Shown here in pieces: positions 54,588 to 64,000 of a stretch of 64,000 nt of DNA. Location of the stretch: NCBI GenBank assembly GCA_963738825.1, contig CAVTYB010000008.1, positions 18,449 through 82,448 of the forward strand, read 5' to 3'. The position numbers were made by a program, and so were the translations under genes. Source of the DNA: an uncultured Alphaproteobacteria bacterium. GTDB taxonomy: Bacteria; Pseudomonadota; Alphaproteobacteria; Sphingomonadales; Sphingomonadaceae. Numbering within the stretch: position 1 is the first letter of the stretch; each line of letters opens with the position of its first letter. The notes under the pieces are model-generated. The model did not search any database, was not told where the DNA came from, and was given only the letters and a program-made list of their open reading frames with translations.

Positions 54588-55189
54588 CTTTTCGACTGCT
54601 CCTTCCACCTTCGATTCAACGCAACCCCATAGATAATGAGCGCGATTGCAGCGAAGCTGAACCATTGTAGCGCATACATTCGATTGCGGCCGGGCGTGAC
54701 TTGCACCGCGGTCTCCGCCGATGGAAGTCCGGCAGGCTGAAGTCCGGGCGGAGCTGTCGCGGCCACCAGACGAATCACATGGAGTCGGTCCGGCACGATG
54801 ACGCCGCTGACGAGGCCTCCCTTCCAATCGACCTTTGCGTTGGGATCGTTGGACCAGCCTAGCTCAACGCTCATCCCGGGTCCTTCTGCTCCGGTGGCGC
54901 AATCGACGATGTGCGCCCAGCCGACGTCGCCCTTGCGGTTGCGGCCGCCGGACTCCCGCTGGCCTACGACTTTCTGGCATAGGCCCGTCGCCCACCGGAA
55001 CAACGGCAAGGGTCCTTTGTAAGGCGCCACCGGATAGGCCGTCGGCGGCAACTTAGAAGCGGCGGCATATTGCCGCATCAATTGCTCGTTTTCATGCGCT
55101 CGGTGCAGCTGCCAGATGCCGAGCCTGACCATGATCGCAACAGCCGCGACGACGACAATCGTTGCGACGATCGGCACTCGGCGCCTCAT
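54584..55189 (-). CDS. surf1: SURF1 family cytochrome oxidase assembly protein
   Basis: LGIWQLHR, YALQWFSFA; within the cox operon. Confidence 0.88.
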   Translation of the reverse strand: MRRRVPIVATIVVVAAVAIMVRLGIWQLHRAHENEQLMRQYAAASKLPPTAYPVAPYKGPLPLFRWATGLCQKVVGQRESGGRNRKGDVGWAHIVDCATGAEGPGMSVELGWSNDPNAKVDWKGGLVSGVIVPDRLHVIRLVAATAPPGLQPAGLPSAETAVQVTPGRNRMYALQWFSFAAIALIIYGVALNRRWKEQSKR

Positions 55190-55560
55190 TTGAGGATCCG
55201 CCCTTCGCTCGCGCGGTGCTTATACTCCTGCGCGAGCAGCCACGCTTTCGAAATCCGGAGCCCGCCAACGGTCAGTGCGCTCGCAACCGGAATCCAGACG
55301 AGATGGACCCACCATGGCGGCGAGAAGCTACCGTCGACCACCAGCGCAGCAACGACGACGATGGTACCGACGATGAAGATCAGGAACGCCGCCGGCCCGT
55401 CACCGACATTGAAACTGTCGAAGTCCAGCCCGCAACTGCTGCATTTGGATGAGAAGCGCACCCAGTTCGCGAAAAGCGTGTGCTGGCCGCAGCGCGGGCA
55501 ATCGCCTTTGATCGCCACTGAGAGCGAGGAAGGCACGCCAGCGCTCTCGGTGGGGGTCAC
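55186..55560 (-). CDS. DUF983 domain protein
   Basis: CPRCG..LF...CSSCGLD...GDGPA, PPWWVH. Confidence 0.88.
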   Translation of the reverse strand: MTPTESAGVPSSLSVAIKGDCPRCGQHTLFANWVRFSSKCSSCGLDFDSFNVGDGPAAFLIFIVGTIVVVAALVVDGSFSPPWWVHLVWIPVASALTVGGLRISKAWLLAQEYKHRASEGRILK

Positions 55561-56375
55561 CCCGCGTGCGGCGCGCCCCAGCCGCCCCATACGTAGATCG
55601 TGGTGAAGAGGAATAGCCACACCACATCGACGAAGTGCCAGTACCATGCCGCCGCCTCGAACCCGAAATGCTGCCGGGGCGTGAAGTCGCCCTTGATGGA
55701 GCGGATGAGGCAAACCGTCAGGAAGATTGTCCCGACGATGACGTGGAAACCGTGGAAGCCGGTCGCCATGAAAAAGGTCGAGCCGTAGATACTGTTCTTG
55801 AAGGGGAACGGCGCGTGAGCGTATTCCCAGCCCTGACAGAAGGTAAAGCTTAGGCCGAGCAGGATCGTCAGCAGGAGGCCGATCTTCAGCCCGCGGCGGT
55901 CGCCATGGATGAGCGAATGGTGAGCCCAGGTCACCGTCGTTCCCGAACAAAGCAGGATGAAGGTGTTGAGCAGCGGAAGACTCCACGGGTCCATCACCGT
56001 GACGCCCTTGGGCGGCCATGTTCCGCCGACCGCATCTACTGCGCTCGGGAAGATCGAGGAATCGAAGAAGGCCCAGAACCAGGCAAGGAAGAACATCACC
56101 TCCGAGGCGATGAACAGGATCATGCCGTAGCGCAGGTGAAGCTGGACCACCGGTGTGTGGTCGCCGGCGTGCGCCTCCTTGATCGTATTCTTCCACCAGT
56201 TGAACATAGTGGTGAGCACGCCGAGCAGGCCGATGAAGCCGATGATCGTCCCGTAGCGGTTCTCGTGCAGCCACAGGACAACGCCGCTGAACATGATTCC
56301 GGCCGACAGCGCGCCGATCAGCGGCCACGGATCCGGCTCTACGAGATGGTAGTCGTGGTGCTTCGTCGCAGCCAT
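55557..56375 (-). CDS. ctaE: Cytochrome c oxidase subunit III
   Basis: HDYHLV.P.PWP, LFIASEVMFF, TGFHGFHV, WYWHFVDVVW. Confidence 0.96.
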   Translation of the reverse strand: MAATKHHDYHLVEPDPWPLIGALSAGIMFSGVVLWLHENRYGTIIGFIGLLGVLTTMFNWWKNTIKEAHAGDHTPVVQLHLRYGMILFIASEVMFFLAWFWAFFDSSIFPSAVDAVGGTWPPKGVTVMDPWSLPLLNTFILLCSGTTVTWAHHSLIHGDRRGLKIGLLLTILLGLSFTFCQGWEYAHAPFPFKNSIYGSTFFMATGFHGFHVIVGTIFLTVCLIRSIKGDFTPRQHFGFEAAAWYWHFVDVVWLFLFTTIYVWGGWGAPHAG

Positions 56376-56410
56376 GTACGCAGCTTCCCTCTTTGGTCTT
56401 TCGAGAGGCT

Positions 56411-56962
56411 CTAGCGAGCCGTCGGGACAGTTTCCACAGGATAAAATGTGTAGCTCAGGGTGATCTCGTCGATGTCCTTGGTGTCCGGGTCCTTCTTGAT
56501 CGCCGGATCGACGAAGAAGACGACTGGCATATCGACCTTCTGCCCCGGCTGCAGCGTCTGCTCGGAGAAGCAGAAGCATTGGATTTTCTTGAAATATTTG
56601 CCCACGCTCTCGGGCGATACATTGTAAACCGCCTGCGCCGCGATCGCCCGTGCGCTGAGATTGTGCGCCATGTAGAAAATCTTGGTCTGCGCACCGGGCT
56701 GGACACGAATGGTATTCTGTTCCGGCTCGAAGCGCCACGGCAGTGTCGGACTGACATTGGCGTCAAAGCGAACGCCAATTTGCCCGGCCACAGCTCCGGG
56801 GGCCCGCGCCGCCCGCTCGGGCGTCCCTGCAAAGCCGGTTGCCTGGCAGAAGGTCCGGTACAGGATCGGCGAAAAGGCCACGAGCGCGATCATGACGGCA
56901 ATGATGAGGAGAAGGATGCCGAGCGTCTTGCGGTTATTGTTCGGCGCGACCGCACTGTTCAC
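56411..56962 (-). CDS. ctaG: Cytochrome c oxidase assembly protein Cox11/CtaG
   Basis: FCQATG, YFKKIQCFCF, TLSYTF. Confidence 0.95.
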   Translation of the reverse strand: MNSAVAPNNNRKTLGILLLIIAVMIALVAFSPILYRTFCQATGFAGTPERAARAPGAVAGQIGVRFDANVSPTLPWRFEPEQNTIRVQPGAQTKIFYMAHNLSARAIAAQAVYNVSPESVGKYFKKIQCFCFSEQTLQPGQKVDMPVVFFVDPAIKKDPDTKDIDEITLSYTFYPVETVPTAR

Positions 56963-57087
56963 CAGTTCATTCCCGTCTTTGCGATGGTGATGAAAAAGAG
57001 CAGCACGACGAAGAGGCCGAGCAGCAAAGCGAGGATCCGTGCACGGTCACGTTGACGCCGAACGATTTCTTCCTCGAGCTTGGGCAC
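56959..57087 (-). CDS. Small membrane protein of the cox operon
   Basis: RRQRDRARILALLLGLFVVLLFFITIAK, between cyoE and ctaG. Confidence 0.7.
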   Translation of the reverse strand: MPKLEEEIVRRQRDRARILALLLGLFVVLLFFITIAKTGMNW

Positions 57088-57088
57088 T

Positions 57089-58000
57089 TCAGGCTGCAAG
57101 CCAGCGATCGGCGACGAGCACCGTGAACAAAGCGAATAGAAAGAAAACCGAATAAGCGAACAGCTTCTTCTCAGGAGCCATCTGAGCGGGTTCGGTCCCG
57201 CTGTTGGCCAATACGCGCGCGGCAAGCACTACGAACACGAAGCTGAGCACCGCTGCGCTTCCGCCGTAAACCACTCCGGTCAGGCCGAGCAGCCACGGTG
57301 CGACCGCTGATGCAGCCATCGGCAGGCTGTAGAAAAAGATCTGGCGACGTGTGTTCTGGATGCCCGCGACGACCGGCAACATCGGGATGCCGGCGGCGGC
57401 GTAATCGGAGCGGACGAAGAGCGACAGCGCCCAGAAATGCGGTGGGGTCCACAGGAAGATGATCGCGAACAACAGCAGCGGAAGCAGCGACATGTGTCCG
57501 GTCGCTGCGACCCAGCCGATGAGCGGCGGGAAGGCGCCTGCCGCACCGCCGATGACGATATTCTGAGCGGTGCGCGGCTTAAGCCACACCGTGTAAACGA
57601 TCACGTAGAAGAGGATCGACAAGGCTAGGAACATTGCGGCGAGCCAATTGGTCGCCAGCCCCATCAGAAGGACCGAGAAGAAGGCCAACCCGACACCGAA
57701 ATGAAGCGCGGACTGGCGATCCATGCGTCCAGCCGGAAGGGGACGACCGGCAGTCCGGCGCATCTTCGCATCGATATCTGCCTCATACCATTGGTTGAGC
57801 GCTCCGCAGGCGCCGGCCGCGAGGGCGATGCAGAGGATCGCGGTGAAGCCCAGGACCAGCGGAAGGGACACCGGCGCGACCAGCAAGCCGCACAGTCCGG
57901 AAAACACGACCAGGCTCATGACTCGTGGCTTGGTAAGCGCGAGGATATCGCGCCAGTCTGCCGGGAGGGCGGCTGGATTCGTCAGCTCAATGGCGGGCAT
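57089..58000 (-). CDS. cyoE: Heme o synthase (protoheme IX farnesyltransferase)
   Basis: [44 protein letters not shown]. Confidence 0.96.
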   Translation of the reverse strand: MPAIELTNPAALPADWRDILALTKPRVMSLVVFSGLCGLLVAPVSLPLVLGFTAILCIALAAGACGALNQWYEADIDAKMRRTAGRPLPAGRMDRQSALHFGVGLAFFSVLLMGLATNWLAAMFLALSILFYVIVYTVWLKPRTAQNIVIGGAAGAFPPLIGWVAATGHMSLLPLLLFAIIFLWTPPHFWALSLFVRSDYAAAGIPMLPVVAGIQNTRRQIFFYSLPMAASAVAPWLLGLTGVVYGGSAAVLSFVFVVLAARVLANSGTEPAQMAPEKKLFAYSVFFLFALFTVLVADRWLAA

Positions 58001-58093
58001 TTGCAGCCGCCTATAAGGGCTTGGGCACTAGGGGAAAAGCCCCAAGGGAAACCGCTGTGGCGATGTTCATGGAGCCTCTGCTATGCGGCGCAC

Positions 58094-58720
58094 ATGATCA
58101 TGCGCTTCTTTGTCGCCGCGTTGCTCGCGGCAGCCTCCGCTCCAGCCCTCAGCAAGGCCGCTCCGGCGACTCTTGTTCAGGCCCCTCCGGCGCAGGCGGA
58201 GCTCGTGCCCGTCGCGATCGAAACGAGCCTCGGCCGGATCGTCGTTGCGCTCGACAAGACCCATGCTCCGGTCACCACGGCGAACTTTCTCCACTATGTC
58301 GACACGCATCACTTCGACGGACAGAATTTCTATCGCGCCATGCACGTCGGCGACGGCGGCCTGATCCAGGGCGGCATCACTACCGACGCGCGCAAGCTCT
58401 ACGCGCCGATCGCTCACGAACCGACGTCAAAGACCGGGCTTCACAATGTCGCGGGCGCAATCTCGATGGCTAACGCAGGCCCGGGAACGGCACGTGCCGA
58501 CTTCTTCATCCTCACAAGCGACATTCCTGCGCTTGACTCAAAAGGCGACGATCCGGGCTTTGCGGTGTTCGGCCACGTCATCGAGGGAATGGACGTGGTG
58601 AAGCAGATTCTCGCCTCGCCGGTGTCGCCGACGAAGGGCGAAGGCGCGATGAAGGGCCAGATGCTCGAGCCCGAGATCAAGATCGTCAAAGTCGAGAGGG
58701 TCGCCCCCTCAAAGCCATAG
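58094..58720 (+). CDS. Periplasmic cyclophilin-type peptidyl-prolyl isomerase
   Basis: Signal peptide, APVTTANFL.YV, FYR, IQGG, SMA, FAVFGHVIEGMDVV. Confidence 0.92.
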   Translation: MIMRFFVAALLAAASAPALSKAAPATLVQAPPAQAELVPVAIETSLGRIVVALDKTHAPVTTANFLHYVDTHHFDGQNFYRAMHVGDGGLIQGGITTDARKLYAPIAHEPTSKTGLHNVAGAISMANAGPGTARADFFILTSDIPALDSKGDDPGFAVFGHVIEGMDVVKQILASPVSPTKGEGAMKGQMLEPEIKIVKVERVAPSKP

Positions 58721-58723
58721 CAA

Positions 58724-58755
58724 ACGAACCGCGGCGGAAATCCGCTACGGTTCGT
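58724..58755. terminator. Hairpin between the convergent PPIase and ctaD genes
   Basis: ACGAACCGCGGCGGA-AA-TCCGCTACGGTTCGT. Confidence 0.6.
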
Positions 58756-58761
58756 CTGGTC

Positions 58762-60435
58762 TTAGTCGATCCGCGGCAGCGTTTCGAATTGGTGGAAGGG
58801 TGGCGGGCTCGGAAGCGTCCACTCGAGGGTGGTCGCGCCCTCGCCCCACGGATTGCCCGGCGCCTTCTTCCCAGCCGCGAGCGACCAGAACAGGTTGATG
58901 AAGAACACGCCCACGCTGGCGGCGGTGATCATGTAACCGACGGTCGAGATGTAGTTCCAGTGAGCAAAAGCCGGGGTGTAGTCCGGGATTCGCCGCGGCA
59001 TACCGTCGAGCCCGAGGAAATGCATCGGGAAGAAGATCACGTTCACGCCGACGAACATGCCGAAGAAGTGAAGCTTGCCGAGCGCCTCGTTGTACATCCG
59101 GCCGCTCATCTTCGGGAACCAATAATAGAAGCCAGCGAAGATCGAAAAGATCGCACCGAGGCTGAGCACGTAGTGGAAGTGCGCCACGACATAGTAGGTG
59201 TCGGTCATGTAGGTGTCGACGCCACCGTTCGCGAGCACGACACCCGTCACTCCGCCAACCGTGAACAGGAAGATGAAGCCGATCGCGAACAGCATCGGCG
59301 TCTCGAACGTCAGCGAACCGCCCCACATCGTCGCGATCCAGCTGAAGATCTTCACTCCGGTCGGCACCGCGATGATCATCGTCGCCGCGGTGAAGTACAT
59401 CTTCTCGTCGACGCTCATGCCCGTGATGAACATGTGGTGCGCCCAGACGACGAAGCCGATAACGCCGATCGAGACCATCGCATAGGCCATGCCGAGATAA
59501 CCGAACACGGGTTTGCGGCTGAAGGTCGCGACGATCTGGCTGATCATGCCGAAGCCCGGCAGGATCATGATGTAGACCTCGGGGTGGCCGAAGAACCAGA
59601 ACAGGTGCTGGTAGAGGACGACGTTGCCGCCGCCTGACGCGTCGAAGAACGCCGTTTGGAAGTTGCGGTCCGTCAAAAGCATCGTGATTGCGCCGGCGAG
59701 AACCGGTAGCGCCAGCAGCAGCAGGAAGGCGGTGACCAGCACCGACCACACGAACAAGGGCATCTTGTGCAGGGTCATGCCCGGCGCGCGCATGTTGAAG
59801 ATGGTCGTGATGAAGTTGATCGCTCCGAGGATCGAGCTTGCACCAGCAAGGTGGAGCGAGAAGATCACCATGTCGACCGCGGGCCCTGACGAGCCCGAAG
59901 TCGATAGCGGCGCATAGAGCGTCCAGCCGGTACCGGCGCCGAGGCCGGTTCCTCCAGATACGAAAGTCGAGCCCAGAAGAAGGCAGAACGACGGCACCAG
60001 CAGCCAGAAGCTGATGTTGTTCATGCGCGGGAACGCCATGTCCGGAGCGCCGATCATCAGCGGTACGAACCAGTTGCCGAACCCGCCCATCATCGCCGGC
60101 ATGACGGTGAAGAACACCATGATCAGGCCGTGCGCGGTGATCAGCACGTTCCAGTGATGGGTCCATTCATCGAAGTTCGCGGTACCGGCGCCGATCGGCC
60201 AGGCGCGGTTGAGCACCTGGATGCCGGGCTCCATCAGCTCCCACCGCATGATCCCGGAGATCGAGCCGCCGATCACGCCCGCGATGATCGCGAAGATGAG
60301 GTAGAGCGTGCCGATGTCCTTATGGTTCGTCGACATGAACCAGCGGACGAAAAAGCCGGGCTTGTGGTCAGCGTGATGATCCGTCCCGTGCGCCTCATGC
60401 GGCTGGAGATGGAGTGCGTCGGCAGTGGTGCTCAT
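58762..60435 (-). CDS. ctaD: Cytochrome c oxidase subunit I (A1 type)
   Basis: [28 protein letters not shown]. Confidence 0.98.
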   Translation of the reverse strand: MSTTADALHLQPHEAHGTDHHADHKPGFFVRWFMSTNHKDIGTLYLIFAIIAGVIGGSISGIMRWELMEPGIQVLNRAWPIGAGTANFDEWTHHWNVLITAHGLIMVFFTVMPAMMGGFGNWFVPLMIGAPDMAFPRMNNISFWLLVPSFCLLLGSTFVSGGTGLGAGTGWTLYAPLSTSGSSGPAVDMVIFSLHLAGASSILGAINFITTIFNMRAPGMTLHKMPLFVWSVLVTAFLLLLALPVLAGAITMLLTDRNFQTAFFDASGGGNVVLYQHLFWFFGHPEVYIMILPGFGMISQIVATFSRKPVFGYLGMAYAMVSIGVIGFVVWAHHMFITGMSVDEKMYFTAATMIIAVPTGVKIFSWIATMWGGSLTFETPMLFAIGFIFLFTVGGVTGVVLANGGVDTYMTDTYYVVAHFHYVLSLGAIFSIFAGFYYWFPKMSGRMYNEALGKLHFFGMFVGVNVIFFPMHFLGLDGMPRRIPDYTPAFAHWNYISTVGYMITAASVGVFFINLFWSLAAGKKAPGNPWGEGATTLEWTLPSPPPFHQFETLPRID

Positions 60436-60452
60436 CTACTCGGGTCCGTCTC

Positions 60453-61555
60453 TTATTGGTTGGCGCGGTTGGGGACGTTGGGGTTCGTCGGCGCTGGAGT
60501 GGGGTTTGCGCTCGCCGTTCCGGCGACTGCGGGAGCGGTCATTCCGCCGCCGGCTTGAGCTGCGGGGACGACGCTCGAAGCCGAGCCCTTCATGTGACCG
60601 CCCTTCGAGGCAACCCATGCAGCGAACTCGGCCTGCGGGACGACCTCCACGGCAATCGGCATGAAGCCGTGACGAGCGCCGCATAGCTCCGAGCACTGCC
60701 CGAAATAGACGCCCACTCGGTTGATCGGACCGGCCCAGGTCTCGTTGAGCTGCCCGGGGTTGGCGTCCTGCTTCACCCAGAAGGCTGGGACTGCGAAACT
60801 GTGGATCACGTCATCGGCCGTGACGATGAACTTCACGACCTTGCCCTGCGGGATCACGATGCGCTGATCGACAGCGAGTAATGGTGGGCCATCAGCATCA
60901 GTTCGGAAGCGCTGATTGGCCTGCCGTGTAGGGTCGTTCTTCTCCTTCAGCATGTAGCTGTCGAAGGAAACTCCGAGGTCTGGATATTCGTAGCTCCAGT
61001 ACCATTGGTGGCCCGTTACCTTGATCGTCACGTCGGCGGGCGGCGGCGTGTACTGGTGCCTCAGCAGCCGGATCGACGGGATGGCAATCGCGACGAGGAT
61101 AAGCACCGGAACGAGCGTCCAGATCACTTCGATCGCGGTATTGTGCGAGTTGCGCGACGGCACCGGGTTTGCGCCGCGGCGATAGCGAACGATCACCCAC
61201 ACGAGCATCGCAAGGACGATCGCGCTGATGATCGCGCAGAGCGTTAGCAGGATGTAATCGTGGAATCCCGAAGCCTCGCGGCCGATCGGGCTGACCTGGT
61301 CCTGAAGACCCATGCGACCGTCTGGCTGGCCGATCCCCGGAGTTGGAGCCATTGTCGGAATGGCGACGGGTTCCCGGGCCGGAGCGGCGGTCGCCTTATC
61401 GGGTTTGTTGGCGTCCTGAGCGAAGCCGGCCGGCGGCGCGGCGTTCGGCTTGGCGCTACAGGCGTACTGACGGCTGGCGTCCTTGCGGGCACCTGCGCCG
61501 CCACAGGTGTAAGCCAGGCCGCGGCTAACGCGATCGCCCATCCAGTCCGTTTCAT
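60453..61555 (-). CDS. coxB: Cytochrome c oxidase subunit II (frameshift near 61450)
   Basis: EVIWT, GHQWYWSYEY, DVIHSF, CSELCGARHGFM CuA site; signal peptide MKRTGWAIALAAA in another frame. Confidence 0.95.
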
Positions 61556-61702
61556 CGACACCCCAGGTAACAGGTTGAAGCCGGAAGCGCAGGTCCGCAC
61601 AACCGGATTTGTCGGCTCTATAGGCGCGGCTTTCCGGAGCCTCAAGCGCTCTATGACTGGGTGTTGAAGGGGGCGGCGGCGGAGCCTAATGCGGTCCTCG
61701 AA

Positions 61703-62291
61703 ATGATGACCGAAGACGAGATCCTGGCGGAATTCCGCGCTGCCGACGCCCTGCTCGAAGGCCATTTCATCCTGTCGTCGGGCCTCAGGAGCCCGCGTTA
61801 CCTCCAGTGCGCGCGGGTGCTGATGGACCCTTCGCGTGCCGAGCGCCTCGCCCGCGAGCTCGCTTGCGCAAATCCCCATTCTTGTCCGCGATCAAATCGA
61901 AGCGGTGGTCTCTCCGGCGATGGGAGGGGTGATCATCGGCCATGAAATGGGCCGAGCGCTCGGCAAGCCTGCGATGTTCCTCGAACGCCCGCAGGGCGTG
62001 TTTGAGTTGCGGCGCGGATTCCGGCTCGACCGCGGCACCAAGGTGTTGATGGTCGAGGACGTCGTAACGACCGGTCTCTCCTCGCGCGAGGCCATCGAGG
62101 CGGCGCGCGCTGCTGGAGCCGAGGTTGTCGCGGAAGCTGCCCTGGTTGACCGGTCATCCGGATCGCCGGGCCTCGGCGTTCCATTCTTTCCGCTCGTCCG
62201 CATCGAGGTGCCGACCTACGAAGCAGACTCGGTTCCGGCGGAGCTCGCCGCGATCCCCGCGGTCAAGCCTGGGAGCCGCGCCGCCGCTTGA
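61703..62291 (+). CDS. pyrE: Orotate phosphoribosyltransferase (frameshift near 61865)
   Basis: [25 protein letters not shown]. Confidence 0.93.
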
Positions 62292-63016
62292 CGAACCGTC
62301 TTCGCCTCGGCGTCAATATCGATCACGTCGCGACGATCCGAAACGCGCGAGGCGGCGACCATCCCGACCCGGTTCGGGCCGCAATCATGGCGGCAAAGGC
62401 CGGAGCCGACGGCATCACGGCGCACCTGCGCGAGGACCGGCGGCACATCACCGATGACGATATCGACCGGCTGATGGCCGAGATCGACCTTCCGCTCAAC
62501 CTCGAGATGGCAGCGACCGAGGAGATGCTCGAGATCGCACTTCGGCATCGGCCGAACGCGGCCTGCATCGTTCCCGAGCGGCGCGAGGAGCGCACGACCG
62601 AGGGCGGGCTCGACGCAGCGGGACAGCACAATCACCTCGCCTATTTCGTCGACAGGCTCGGATCGGCGAACATCCGCGTCAGCCTCTTCATCGAACCGAC
62701 CGAAGCGCAAGTCGCGGCCGCCGTGCGCCTCGGCGCTCCGGTCGTCGAGTTCCACACGGGGCGCTACGCCCATGTCGAGAGTGAGGAGCGTATCGCCGAA
62801 CTGAAGCGAATAGCCGACTGCGCCGCACTCGCCGTAAAGAACGGCATCGAGCCCCACGCCGGGCACGGGCTGACCTTCAACAATGTCGTACCCGTCGCCG
62901 CCATCCCGCAGATCGTGGAGCTCAACATCGGCCATTTCCTGATTGGCGAAGCGATCTTCACCGGCCTCGACGCCAGCGTTCGTCACATGCGCCATTTGAT
63001 GGACAGCGCGCGATGA
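62288..63016 (+). CDS. pdxJ: Pyridoxine 5'-phosphate synthase
   Basis: [40 protein letters not shown]. Confidence 0.97.
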   Translation: MTNRLRLGVNIDHVATIRNARGGDHPDPVRAAIMAAKAGADGITAHLREDRRHITDDDIDRLMAEIDLPLNLEMAATEEMLEIALRHRPNAACIVPERREERTTEGGLDAAGQHNHLAYFVDRLGSANIRVSLFIEPTEAQVAAAVRLGAPVVEFHTGRYAHVESEERIAELKRIADCAALAVKNGIEPHAGHGLTFNNVVPVAAIPQIVELNIGHFLIGEAIFTGLDASVRHMRHLMDSAR

Positions 63017-63285
63017 GACGCTCGAAGCGCACCGGCAATCGCTACCTCGCGGGGCTCGTCATCGCCTTTGCAATTCTGTTTTTTGCAGTGGGCACGCTGG
63101 GTCCCGCGCGGCATTCGCTTTATTATCTGCTCATCGTGCCCCTTCCCGCCGCAATCGCGCTCGTCCTCGGCTGGCGGGCCTGGTCTGTCCAGAACGAGCG
63201 CTCGACCGCTTATTCTGCGGCGGCGCTCGTCCTTCTCATCGCCGTGCTCGGCTTCTCTCACCTGCTGCCAAGATCCCACCCATGA
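63013..63285 (+). CDS. Small three-TM hypothetical protein
   Basis: ATGA overlaps with both pdxJ and acpS; hydrophobic. Confidence 0.65.
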   Translation: MRRSKRTGNRYLAGLVIAFAILFFAVGTLGPARHSLYYLLIVPLPAAIALVLGWRAWSVQNERSTAYSAAALVLLIAVLGFSHLLPRSHP

Positions 63286-63689
63286 TAGTCGGCCTCGGAT
63301 CCGACCTGTGCAACGTCGAACGCATCGAGCAGTCGCTCGAGCGCTGGGGCGATAAATTCTTGCAGCGCGTGTTCACTAAGGTCGAGCAGGCGAAGGCCGC
63401 ATCGCGTCCGCACACTCGTGCCGGCACGCTCGCCAAACGCTTTGCCGCGAAGGAGGCCTTCTCCAAAGCCGTCGGCACTGGCTTTCGGCGCGGTGTCCAT
63501 ATGAAGGACATCGGAGTCGTTAATCTTGCCTCAGGGGCGCCTACGCTACAGCTTACCGGAGGAGCCAAGGCGCGGCTTGACGCACTTGCGCCGGAAGGCC
63601 ACGCCATCGACATTCACCTGACGATGACCGACGATTATCCCTGGGCGCAGGCTTTCGTGATCCTGACCGCCCGCAAGCTGGAGCCCTGA
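63282..63689 (+). CDS. acpS: Holo-ACP synthase
   Basis: [24 protein letters not shown]. Confidence 0.95.
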   Translation: MIVGLGSDLCNVERIEQSLERWGDKFLQRVFTKVEQAKAASRPHTRAGTLAKRFAAKEAFSKAVGTGFRRGVHMKDIGVVNLASGAPTLQLTGGAKARLDALAPEGHAIDIHLTMTDDYPWAQAFVILTARKLEP

Positions 63690-64000
63690 GTGTTGAATGA
63701 AACTGTTCCAGAGATGACCCCGGCCGAGCAGAAATCGGCAGAGTCGTCGGAAGAATCGGAAGACAAGGGCTCGGCACTATGGCGTGAGATCAAGGGCCTG
63801 TTCTGGGTCCTACTCGCGGTCCTCGCTTTCCACAGCCTGATTGCGAAGCCTTTCTATATCCCGTCGGAATCGATGATGCCGGGACTGCTGACGGGCGACC
63901 GGCTGGTCGTGACCAAATATCCCTATGGATGGTCATGGGTCAGTCCGAGCTTTCACATTATCGGCCCGATGAAGGGACGCGTGTTCGGCCGAATGCCCAA
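63690..64000 (+). CDS. lepB: Signal peptidase I (runs off the window)
   Basis: KPFYIPSESMMPGLLTGDRLVVTKYPYG. Confidence 0.93.
   Translation, partial: MLNETVPEMTPAEQKSAESSEESEDKGSALWREIKGLFWVLLAVLAFHSLIAKPFYIPSESMMPGLLTGDRLVVTKYPYGWSWVSPSFHIIGPMKGRVFGRMP

Overview
High-GC alphaproteobacterial chromosome segment, most likely Sphingomonadaceae (inferred from gene content and order). Left to right: (1) a TonB-dependent receptor/GH144/LacI/GH3/MFS beta-glucan utilisation locus (1-7.4 kb). (2) A tRNA-Ser(GCT) carrying two islands: a decayed ~3.2 kb element off its 3' end (17-bp repeat), and a ~12.4 kb element that duplicates the 5' half of the tRNA plus its promoter (41-bp repeat) and carries glycan-modification genes, membrane proteins and an IS110 relic. 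(3) Aldose epimerase, msrB, dipZ, and a sigma54 two-component system facing an HlyD/ABC/tandem-permease operon. (4) An ~8.4 kb accessory array (38.1-46.6 kb) in which almost every gene is delimited by a 28-bp imperfect palindrome of 11-6-11 architecture (ATGTCCGCWWT-GGGTCG-AAAGCNGACAT). This looks like a gene-cassette array built on a tyrosine-recombinase-type site that is neither attC nor dif, and is the most interesting signal in the window. (5) Housekeeping genes: DEAD helicase, ABC-F, tRNA-Ser(GGA), ccmAB, aa3 cytochrome oxidase operon, pyrE, pdxJ, acpS, lepB. Many genes carry indel frameshifts, most likely long-read consensus errors. All motif matches were made by eye; no database searches were run.
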